Shown in pieces: positions 35,608 through 47,600 of a stretch of 64,000 nt of DNA; the stretch's first letter is position 1; each line of letters begins with the position of its first letter. The stretch spans positions 930,001 to 994,000 of the forward strand of contig NC_135759.1 in the NCBI RefSeq assembly GCF_052425735.1, written 5' to 3'. The notes beneath the pieces were generated by a model. It made no database searches. It was given only the letters and a program-made list of their open reading frames with translations, and was not told the origin of the DNA. Source of the stretch: Oculina patagonica. Its lineage: Eukaryota. A program made the position numbers and the translations under genes.

Positions 35608-36038
35608 GGGGATCGATTTCGCAGATTTTTGGTCTAACCTGTTTTGAAATTAGTGGTACGAAGGCAATGAAAATATTATAACAAAGGAAAACATAACCAT
35701 AATTTGCGATAGAAATCAAACATCGGCTATAAATATCGATTTTTTTTAAGACGCGCCGAAACAACTTGATAAGTTTAGTCTCAATGTTCAAGTTGTATTC
35801 CATTCCCGTCCTAGCCATTCGCAGCCTAAGATGCTTGTTAACAGTTTCAGTGCTCTAGTACAGCAATTGTTAATAAAAATGGACCATCAGTTTTAGGTTT
35901 CCTAGGACACAAATATAAATTTTAGCTGTTCAAAAATCTGTTGAAATCCGTGACAAAACTTAAGCCCCTCTTATGATGAGGGTAACCATAGGGTAACCGT
36001 GAACAGAGCTCTAAAAGCGGCGAATTAGCACAGCTTAA

Positions 36039-36828
36039 GGGCCCACTGACGTATATATTTGGACCCGTTGCTACGGACATTCACGGTTATATAGTTTTAG
36101 CAATTTTTCTTGTTTAGTTATGGTTGAATCTTTTACTCAGTCCATAACGTAAATATGACGTCATCGGGCCACGCCCATGATCACGTGACCAATAAAGAAA
36201 AAGTCTAAAATTTTTGATGTTTTGCATGTTATCAGAAAATCATTCATGGTGTCATGATCTTTATTTGTTTTTGTATCTTGGTAAGTATGGGTTTCATCTC
36301 ATTATGGAAAATAATTTTTTTAGAGAGATTTAAAATATTGATTTGTCCATAAAATTTTTATTAAAAATGATTTAAGCAAATGAATACTTAGTTATGTTCC
36401 CGACCCAGGTTGGAAAAATATAACGTCGAAAAAAAGTGAATCAAATTAAAGACCGCCAAGTATTTAGATTTTTTCTGCAAACCGGAAATCATTTTGTTAA
36501 CGCATGCGTAATTCATCTGACAAGAGAACAGTGCGCGCGCTAGTTGTACGCGTACGCTTTTGAGATTATTTGCATGTGTAAAAAAAACTGCTTTTCCTGG
36601 TTCAATTTAATCTGACTGATTCTCAGATGTGAAGTCAACTATTAGTCAGGAAGTTTTTCGGTAGTTCTTATTGTTTCATCTTAATATTTGGCGAGTTTGA
36701 AGAAGTGCTCGAAAGGAAATTTTTTTGCACATCTGGCGCGTACAGATAGCGTGAGTAACCCGTACACGCAATACAGCGCGCGCTCTTTTAGCACCTTAGC
36801 AACGCGCGAGAAATCCGTCAGTGGGCCC
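36039..36828. mobile_element. TTAA-flanked DNA element (Kolobok- or Harbinger-like) about 95 bp upstream of the copy D ATG
   Basis: TTAA|GGGCCCACTGACG ... CGTCAGTGGGCCC|TTAA. Confidence 0.75.
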
Positions 36829-36922
36829 TTAAAGTATTATCAGTTATTAATTTAACACAGAATACCATTATTATTTGGTTTACTTCAGTCTGTAAATAGT
36901 CATTAACTACGTTGAGTGAAGG

Positions 36923-39900
36923 ATGTACATGTATGTACTTCTGGCGTTTTCCCTTGTAAACTGTGTACAAGGTTCAAATCGTATTACGGAATCTCAATTC
37001 AAAGCAATCAATTTTGCTGAGGCTGTAGAAGGCCGAAAACTCGAAGGGAACGTCATAAAAGACTTGGAACGGACATCCGAAATATCTTGTCAATTTGAAT
37101 GCGTGAAAGAAACTCGTTGTTTGTCGTACAACTTTCTTTCCATCCAAGGGAAATGCCAGCTAAGTGACTCGGATCGTTTTGTTGGACACGTAAATTTTAA
37201 AAAGGAAGACGGAGCGTTATACAGAGGAATTCAGGTAAAATTTATTGGGGAATAAGAGGTTTGTATCTTATAATTATAGGATGAAGAGATGGGGAAAACG
37301 AGCACACTGAAAGGAAATTGAATTTAAAACAAGAAGATAACAATTGTTTTGTAGAAGCATTGATATACCTTGCAAACTATTTTTCAATATTTTACAATGT
37401 AAAAGCCTTTAGAAATCTCATCTCAGTGCAATATTTCTAGTTCACTCTTGCTTTCAGAAGAGCGGTTTTCGACATCTTTTTTTTTTAACTACAGCCGAAA
37501 TATATTTAGAGACATCCCTTATCGCGTAATTTTTTTTTTTTCATCGATTTTAAAATTTGGCCCCGTTTTCCCCTTAAAATTTAAGTCCCGTTAATTTCAA
37601 AGACCACATTTTACTGGAGCGTCAATTTCCTATAATAAGACTATTATCTTCAATGTTATGCGAAGAGTAATATTAACCATCTTTTTGCAAGGAACAGTCG
37701 GGTTTGCTAATGAAAAGTGAAGAAATCTGTTCAGCATCTTAGCTTTTCGTTTGTGAGGGAAGAAACTACGGGAACAATATGTATATATTAAAAAAGAATA
37801 ATTTTAGTTTTAACGTAGTTTTCAGTTAAGTTAACTGTATAACTTTGGAGTTTTGTTGCGGATCATAACTGTAATAGGCGTAACTGTGTAACTGTAACAT
37901 GCACTAGCTTTCTGATTAACTGTTATCCACCTGCATCGTGTTAAAAGTAATCAATTTCAATAGTCTTATAAATGATTGTTTACACCTTGTAATTAGGTTT
38001 ATTCTAGTTAATACTGTAATCTAGCATCGCGTCTTGTGTTCGTCTTTTCAATAAAGTTGTTAGGGTATTGTGAAATATTCTTGGTTAAGAATTAAAGTCT
38101 GGAATGGAGCCAAGTTCTATCTGCTACTCTTGACCTCTCCGAAGATTGCACTTACAGACGCAACTCTCTCGAAGCGAGTGACTATTTCCCCAGGTTTGCA
38201 ATGCTGTCCTAAAATTGAGAAAAAAATGACCAGCCTAACAACCTATTATCACACTTTCATTTTTCTGCTCAGAGCATCTGCGAAAGAGACAATCCATGCA
38301 AAGAAAATGAAGTATGCACTGCTGACTACAAAGCAGGCACTCACTTCTGCAAAGGTAGGTGAACGTTTTAGGTTTCCGCAGCCATTTTGACGACTGTAGA
38401 TATTTAACAACTATTCATCGAAGTGGAGATGGTTAGTGGTGGATTAGGTAAATATCCAGCTCTAGCCACCGACACTGAGGTGAATAGTTGTTTTAGCATA
38501 TACCGTAAAATTCCGGTTTAAAGCCCACCCCCGATTATAACCCCCCCCCCCCCCCGGTTATAGACTCATCTACCTGGAAACAAAAAAAATACATCCGATT
38601 ATAAGCCCCTCCAGATATAAGCCCCCCTTTCCGGATGACAGTACTGAACAGGGAACTTAGAACTTATGCGTTTCTAACTTAAAAACGTATTACGATCAAC
38701 ACTCCCGTGGCTCTTTTCGACACGTTTTTTTCATTCCGCTTATAAGCCCTCCCGGATATAAGCCCCTCCGCTTATAAGCCCACCCAAAACCGCTTACAAA
38801 GTTGTATAAGCCCAGGGCTTATAACCGGAATTCTACGGTACTCAAACAGTGAGATCATATAGCCCGAAAGGATGATTTTTGACTAGTTTATTCCTGTCAA
38901 CAAGTGCAGTTTTCGCGCGTTAGTTGCTCGTAGGTGAACAGCAAAGGATATACGGAGTTTGAGAGACCAATCAACGCGCGCCAAAAACGCTATCCACTGT
39001 TTGAGTATATACAAATATAAAATATACTTGAAGGTACAAAATTCAATGACTAAAGACGCCTATCAATTAAAAAATGGAATGACGTTTAAAGACCGTATAC
39101 TTAAACCCAGAAATTTTTTTCAAGTTCATTCCGACCTCTATTAAGCGGCCGACTATTAAGCGGCCACCCTCCATTAAGAGGCCACTTTCCAAAATCCCGA
39201 TTTATTTGTCACTGAACTGCTGTATTTGATACCTCTATTCAACGGCGCGCCACCTCTATTTAGCGGCCGCGGCCACCTTTGTGCTGTCGCAAGTATATTA
39301 TTTATATGGGTTTTACCTCCATTAAGCGGTCAGCAAATAATCGTTCCAAGCGAAAGGGTGACGGATGATACATATCATACTAACTGTTGATGCAAAAAGG
39401 ATTTAGAAACTTGTCAACGATGTTTTGCATATTTTTCTGTACATTTTCAACCAGAAGAAATACTGTACATTTCAACTACGCGCCCTCTGTGTTAGAGCTA
39501 GAACTATGCATAGGCTGGAAATACACTTGATGTTTTGTTACAATGAATTTTGAATCTATCTGCATATATGCTCCCTTTTAAAAAGCAGTTTGCTAAATAT
39601 AGTCAATAAAATCATGTTTACTGCCATTCCTATCCGATTTATATTGTACCTCTATTAAGCGGCCACTTTTCAAAGTCCCGAGGGTGGCCGCTTAAGTTCC
39701 AAACTTTGGCATTTTCGGGAAAGAAACATATTTAAATTAAACAAATCTTTTAAAATTCATAATTCAAACAGACTTTTTTTTCATTTTAGAATGCCCCAGA
39801 AACTGTCGTGATCATTACAAAAAAGGCTTCACAACTGACGGTGTCTATTTGGTTTGTCCTGACAAACAAGAACCCATTCAAGTGCTGTGTGACATGACAA

Positions 39901-41241
39901 CTGAGGGCGGTGGTTGGACAACTTTTCAAAGGCGTATGGATGGATCCGTGGACTTCTTTCTCGACTGGGCATCGTACAAAAAAGGTTTTGGAAATCTGAA
40001 TGGAGAGTTCTGGCTCGGAAACGATAATCTTCACCGCCTGACCGCGTCTGCTAACATGATGCTTCGTTTCGATATGGAAGATAACGAAGGTGACCGAAGA
40101 TATGCCGAGTACACGACCTTTTCCGTGGCCGACGAGAATGATAACTATCGAGTGACGATCGACGGATACCAAGGCACGGCGGGAGACTCGCTGGTATCTC
40201 TTTATCAACCCATCAAGTATGTTATAAGCATTTTGTTTCACAATAATTTGCAGTGTCCATTACAGCGGATTCAGGTTGTGCGTTTAACGGTCTAAGTTGT
40301 CGTGTTCGTTGTCACGGTTGATTAATTGCGTTTCGAGGCAAAATGTTGACGTTGCTACGTGGGAATGACAAAGCACGTTGTCACTTGTCCAGCGACTGTT
40401 ACTATAAGGGATATTCGTGTCTTTGGCCATTATGGCGATTGAAATCAAGATAAAATACTCCAACTATTCTACAAAAAGAACAACTCCAGTATTTTTCACA
40501 ACCCGCTTTTTCCTAGACAGAACAGTGTCATTTTGCCTCGGAACGTAATCAATCAACCGTGACAACAAAAGCGACAACTGAGATCGTTAAACGCTGAACC
40601 TGAATCTAATCAGTAAATATTTAGCAATTATTGGACGAGGCTTGGATACGGCGGATAACACTCACCGAGATCTGCATCATTCTTCATTTCATACGAAAAT
40701 GGAATCCAATAATTGTTTTATTATTCATTCAAAATATTTCCAGAGCTCTAACGAAGAAATTTATTTTGAATAAATGAGCATTGCAGAATCACTAAGAAAC
40801 GATGGAGCTAGACTGAGTCGTGTAGTATCTCTCGTAAGCTTGTTATTCTACTGGTCCGTTAGTGTTGCAGTGACTATTGGTTCGGGCATGGTTATTATGG
40901 TTCGGGGGATGGAGGCATTATCTCTGTTATTTTTTATCGTTCTCTCTATGGGCAGCGAGCCATTCATGTAGCAGCACCTACACCCCTTAATAGATTTACT
41001 TTTTCCTCATTTTTGCCCTTTTAGTAAAATGAAGTTCTCGACTATAGACAGAGACAATGACGGCAGTGCAACCAACTGCGCTTTGGGTTATAAAGGAGCC
41101 TGGTGGTATAGAGCATGTCATGATGCTAATCCCAATGGTCTGTATCAAGGGGGAAGAAAAGGAGAAGGAATCACATGGTTGTCATTTAGAGGCCAAGATT
41201 ATTCCTTAAAGTACATGGAGATCAAAGTTCGACCAATTTAA
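36923..41241 (+). CDS. Secreted PAN-EGF-FReD protein, copy D, 345 aa
   Basis: Exons 36923-37234, 38273-38354 (9 nt shorter), 39790-40216 and 41025-41241 (3 nt shorter). Total 1038 nt, open frame. Confidence 0.9.
38503..38838. mobile_element. pogo-like MITE (same family as 3085-3435), nested in another repeat (about 38400-39012)
   Basis: TA|CCGTAAAATTCCGGTT ... AACCGGAATTCTACGG|TA. Colinear with 3085-3435. Confidence 0.75.
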
Positions 41242-42285
41242 CACTTTCGGTACTGAGTGTTTTAGTATACAGCTTTTTCAATTATTGAACGTTGTCAGAT
41301 CCAAGCCAAAAGCTTAAAGACAAGACAGAATAGTGGTGTGGGTATCATGACTGGAATTTTGCATATCGTTCTAAAGAAAATATACAATTTTGTATTTTTG
41401 CACGCGAATAATTCTTGAATTTGTTGAGTTTAGAAAAGTCTTCTAAAATTGAGTGAGACATAAAGTTCTTTGTTTTTACATGTCTGCAGAAGAAGAATAA
41501 GTGCAAATTGCGGTCTTGTCTTTAAGCTTTGGTTGGACAACGTTAATTGAAATATACGAGCTGTATAGTAGAGCTCCGGACCTTGTAGATAACTTTCTAA
41601 AGCAAAGCTAACCCAACTATTGACTCCAAATCGTGCCAAAAAGGGCCAATGGTCCTTGTACCACTTTTTACGACATTTTTTGTATAATTAGCTGTTACGT
41701 ATTGCTTCGTACTTTAGTATGAAAACATGAACTTCCTTCTTCAAAGAAAGCGTTGGCCGCACAACAGAGTGCCTTTTGGGAAACCACGTATTGCAGATCT
41801 AATGTTTACGACCTTTTTAATTGTCATTTAAAAATTTAATTCTTGATAAAGGTTTAAAGTTTTCCAAAAGTCCTTCAAAAAAGACCTGAAACTATTGTAA
41901 AAGGGTCTTATAAGAAAAATGGAATATTAAACGATTTTAGAACTATGCGTGTTAGGCCATTGTAAGGTACTGTATAAGTAATTTAGATATCAAAATATTT
42001 GGATAATTTAGTATCACTTTTGAAACCCACCTCTGTGAGTCCTCCGCTGTCAAAGGTTTTTAAATTGTTTTACAATTAGCTTGTAGTTTTAGGTATCTAT
42101 GTAACCTTACTTAATTATTATGTTGTTTTTTTTGTGGTACCATAGTTAACGTGTTTTTCATGTATGTGTTACCTCGTTTCGGTCATGTAGTAACTACAAT
42201 ATAGTACAGGACCAACCTTAAAGACTAAGAGACAGTCTTGGTGGAACAAAGTGGCCACCCCTGGGCATTACGTGAAGGACATTAA

Positions 42286-42786
42286 AGGGACTGTGTCACG
42301 GATTTAAGCCAAATTAAGGCATGAGAAATAAGCATCAAATTTAGAGAAAATATAAAAATAACCTCTAAAAACAGTGAAGGAACATTTCAATGACACAGCA
42401 AATGCAAAAGAAGGTACGGATGGCCAAAAGTGACGAAGATGGAAACGGATTGCGATATGGGACTTTGAAATGTTGTTGGGCTGAACAGTTTTCAATGTTA
42501 ATCTCGTTTGCTTGTAACTTTATTATATATAATTCCCGGGAGGCACATTTTTTTTGCGATGAAGCTATCGTTTTGTCATTGGCATCCACAGGGGTAATTC
42601 CTTTGCAAGCATTAAGTTTGCAATAATAAACTTAACTTTAAATTATAATGCCGGGAGGCACCTTTGGTTGCAATGAAGCTGTAGTTTTGTCATTTAGATC
42701 CAGATTCTTTTCAAAAGGTAAGTTTTATAGCAAATTTGTGGCAAAACTTTATAAAATAAACTTTACTCAGCCATGACACAGTCCCT
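42286..42786. mobile_element. Kolobok-like non-autonomous transposon
   Basis: TTAA|AGGGACTGTGTCACGG ... CCATGACACAGTCCCT|TTAA. Confidence 0.75.
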
Positions 42787-44641
42787 TTAAAGGCTGTGCC
42801 AATTGGCACTGATTATGAAAGAGAAATATCGTATCCATGCACGTGAAGAAACTATGAAAAAGTTCACATAGTTACACATATCTTTTAAAGTAAATTTTTT
42901 GGGGGAATGAATGAGTCAAATTACTCAGAAAATAACATTTTATTTCGTATTTTCTGTGTTATTTGACTTGTGAACGCTTCTGAACGCTATGCGGGTGAAT
43001 GTGTGATGTAATTTGGGTCAGATGATATTTTTTATTAAGGGCGTATTTATTTGCAACATACGCGTATAGCCGTTTCATTTACCCTTTGAATTTTTTTTAT
43101 TTTCGCGCTAAACCGCAAAAAAAATTTCAACGGGAAAATGCGACGATTACGCGTATGTTGCAAATAAATCCACCCCAAAAATGCTGTGTAAAATTTTTTT
43201 TTTCACTCAGTTGTGCACCTAGGTACCTTTTTTTCTGTATTAAAATTAATTTTAATAAATCTCGAACTCTTTTTCTTTTACACCTAACATAAGAAACGAA
43301 ACCGATAAAGAAGACTCTCGCGGTATAAGAAGGTCAAGAGATGGCAAACCAAAGTTGTAACTCGTTGCCATCAAAGATAGAAATAAAGCTTCCGTTTATT
43401 GTTTTTGGACTAGTCTATTTTTCCAACGCCAACATCAATTCAAAAATTTCTTTTAGTTCCTTTTTTTTTCAAACATTTCCTTTACTTCTTAGCTTGGGTA
43501 GGCTCTAATTTTGTCAGAGTCTTTAGGGTCCTCGGTCAGCGTCTTGTACCGAAGAGGCCGAGGACTGGTTACGAAATTGGGTAGCCTCAGTTGCAAGCGG
43601 AGGGTGATTCTATGGGCCAGAAGAGAATGATCGCGGGCGCAACGAAACAAACAAGGCTACTTGTTATGAGAATCTGACTTATGATCAAAGAATATTTTGT
43701 GAAATTAACAGGTCCTTCTTGTGATAACCTGCTGACTGAATTTATTATTTGTAAAGGATTGAACATAAGAATGAACATTCACAATACAACGCTAAAAAAG
43801 GAACGGATTCCAATTGATTATAATTCATTTTACTTAACGTCACGGCTGGTGTATTGGTGTTTCTAAACAATGAAACTTCCTTCTTTTGGAAAATTAGTGC
43901 TTTCTTCTGAAAACATTTTACATTGTTTCAGAAAACCAATATGGCCGCCGTCAAAACTTTGTTTCTTGCACTGTTGATTTGCTAGTGCTGACACTTAGCA
44001 TTTATACAACCTTTTTTCACGTGCTTTTTTGTCTTTGTAAATAAATTTCGACTTTTACGTTAACCACGGGCGTATTTATGTTATCTTATTCGTTTTTGGT
44101 TTTAAATAAAAAGTCAAGTAATAATCCTCGCGGCCAATAAATTTAATGATTGGCACTTGCCAAAAAAATTGATTTGCTTAATAGCTCTCGTTTAAATCTG
44201 AAATGTGTGCTTCTTGAACGTAACCCCAGCAAATGAATGGAGGCTAAAATTTCAAAACCGAGAGCTACACCTGCAAATGAAGGCAAAAATCTCTTCGCTA
44301 GTGACAAAGACCTCTGGTGCCTCACACGGTACTCAATTGAAAACCTGCTTGCTTGCTTGTCTGCGGGGCGAGTTTCAATAAATAATTAGCTCAAAATAAT
44401 AGGCTATAATCTTTGCAATGTTTCACTATGGAATATAGAAAATATTGTTTCGGAGTTTAAATTTTTGAGAATGTAAAATGAGAAATAATTGCTCATTTTG
44501 GAAATGTGCTTTGGAGTCAGTGTCGAGTGATTGCAAATGCAAGGGAACAACGGGTCACACGACACCACCGAACGTGCCAAGGAGACTTTAGTGCTTGTTA
44601 CCGTTTGCATCGAAAATTGTTTAATGTTTATCTAACGTGAA

Positions 44642-47600
44642 ATGCCTGTTTACGCTCCCCCGAAACGCTATGTGTTGTCTGGAATGATTTTCATTGGATT
44701 CTTTGTTATGTCTGGTTTGAGGGTAAACTTGAACGTAGCTATCGGTGCCATGGTGAACAATCACACTGCTGTAGTCGACGGACAGACAATCTGCAGGGTA
44801 AGACGAGGTACAGTCAACTCTCACTATAACGGACACCTTCGGGACCACAATTTGGTGTCAGCAATAGAGAAAGCCCGAAGTAGCGGGAGTTATTTTAAGT
44901 AATTCTTATAATTATTAGCTGGGACTTCAACTCCTGTCCGTAATAGCGAGGTGTCCGCATAGCGGGAGTTGACTGTATTGTATAATCAATATAAGACATC
45001 TAACCTTGAGGTAAAAATATATTTTGCCTTTTAACCTCAGTGAAAATTTTAAAACATTATATAAGAAATTATGACAGTTATAAACGGATAGAAATGTCAT
45101 TAGCCACTGATTATGATTACGGAACATAATATCATTTTCCTTAATTGGGTGTTTAAGACGCTAGGACGCACTAACGCACTACTTTAGCAATATTTGCCGC
45201 ACTAAATTAAAACAAAACTGACACAATTTTTAAAGTAACTTATAATTTACGGAGATGAAAGATTATTTCATAAATTTAACAAAGGGGTTTGTCGGGACTA
45301 TTATTTTCACAAATAAAACTGATGAAAATAGGTTTGAGGCAGACAATTATGAGACATTTCATGATAAATGCGTTTGGTTTAGTTGGCTTGAATCACAAAA
45401 AGGTTTTAAACTTGTAATAGGGCTTTAGGGATTTTGTAATAAATCCTTCTGACATTGGTTTCCAAGACAACCCGCATAATTATAACGGTCGGCTCTGTTT
45501 GAAATTATGGCAAGAATTCTTTCTTTAGTCGACGATCTGACACCATCTTAATATTCATACCAGTTTTTCAGCTGAATGTATTACTTACATTTGGTCATAA
45601 ATGTTTTCAACAGGAAGCAGAATTCAAATGGGAGCCTGAACTAAAAGGTTAGAAAATAACAAATAAATATGATAAATTTGTAAATATGACATAATTCAAC
45701 CTTTTAGGTTGCGAAGTTGTATTAATAAACTATCTATCTATCTATCTAATAACCAAAAAAACTTCTATAAATCCCTTTTTAACACCACGTGATTCAGTCA
45801 CCCCTGGTAGATATTTATGTCTCACCAAAGTTGCTTGGTGGCTTCTCATCCGGGGGGGGGGGGGGGGGGGGGTTCTCCCATAAATTTCGGATAGGGGTGT
45901 GCCGCCAAGGTTCTTAAACCCTGACCCTATTTAAGGATAAAGAAAGCGAAAATTGATACCCTTTTTAAGGCCCAAAACCGAAAAATGACACACTATTCAA
46001 GGGGAGGAGAGACGTTCCGTGACGACCCAAATAACGGCTAACCGCGCACGGCAAGACACAAATCTTTATAAAATCGCTTTTCTAATACCTGAACTGAAAA
46101 TTCAGTTTTCAGATATCTTTTTTTCGTTTAGCTGGGCATTTATTTTAGCTAATAGAATTTAGGTACCCTATCTAAGGATCACAGCGGGAACAAATTGCCA
46201 AAAGGAGCAAAAATGATACCCTATTTAAGGACCGAGAACCTAAAAAACCATACCCTATCGGGCGGCACATACCTATATAGGCCACATATGGGAGTACCCC
46301 CCCCCCCCCCCAGGCTTCTCATTGGCGAGCTCGAAGTTCCTGGGAATATATGAGTCCGTAAAAGTCCTTTAACGTCAAAATCGTGACGTCAAGATCAAGC
46401 AGGATTGGTACACCTAGCACAGCGCTAGTAACCGACTGTAATTTAAGTAAGGTGCAGTAGTTAGAATGGCAACAATGGCCGTTTTAACACCAGAGATGGA
46501 CAAATCATCTTAGTGTCAGTGCAAACGGGACGGACACCATTTTGGACGTAGAAGTCGTCTAATTTTGTTCGTCGATTTGGCCGTCTGGGAAGACGATTTT
46601 TTTGAGGACGACTTGGCCGTCTGGACGGACAAATCGTCTAAAAGCCGTCTTAAATTCACACTAGACGAACAACTCGTCAGACGACTTGTCCGTCTTGACG
46701 ATTTGTTCGTCTTCTAGTGTGAAAACAGCCAATGTCATATCATTACGCACAACAATGCACAGAACTGATCATAACAAGACTACATGGCCAAGAGACGACT
46801 TATGTAAAAATAACCTTGATAGATAGTTTCTCGTTACCGCTCTTGGAAGCAGTTGTATCCATTTATGGCTCTGCATGTTGTATAAATTAATATTATTATG
46901 TTCTTTTCGTTAGGCGTAATTCTAGGTGCATTCTATTACGGTTACATGGTGTTTCAAATCCCTGGTGGATGGTTAGCGTTACGAGTAGGCGGGGCGCGTC
47001 TTTTCGGAGCAGCAATTCTTACTGCATCTGTGTTTACTTTGTTAACTCCCATGGCAACTCGCTGGAGCCCGGCTGCTCTTATTCTGTTGAGAATATTAGA
47101 AGGCCTCGTGCTGGTAAGACTATTCACTTTAACTAATAGATTATTGAAAACGTGGAAATCCTTTTTTTCTGATGTGTTGTCAAGTACAACTGTAAAAAAA
47201 TTCTAGCGCGCGATTAACGCCATAATATAAAAACATCAATAATTTATCCTTGTCTAGCTATGGAGCCAGGAAATAACTTCGTCGACCTGACTTTTGAGTA
47301 AATCGCGATATTATAATTCCTGTGTTTGGTGTTGCTAGGGTGTTTTATTCCCGTGTAACCATGCTATGTGGAGTCGTTGGGCGCCGTCGGCTGAGAGAAC
47401 AACGCTGGTGACCGTGTCCATAACAGGTTTGTTTTTCAATTTTACGACCTTGGGGGTTTAGCTCTTTAGACAATATAAGAGCCTTGGCATCGAGGTTGGT
47501 TTGATTTGGAGCTTTATCACACTGTGCGCTACGATAAATACCCTTTCTGCATACTAGTATAACCTTTTAATGTATAAAAAACAATCCCATCAGCTCATCT

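Noticed and set aside
19734-40241. Recurrent antisense ORFs (MVSVDRHP...) over FReD exon 3
   Set aside because: Shadow frames of a conserved coding exon, with no independent coding signal.
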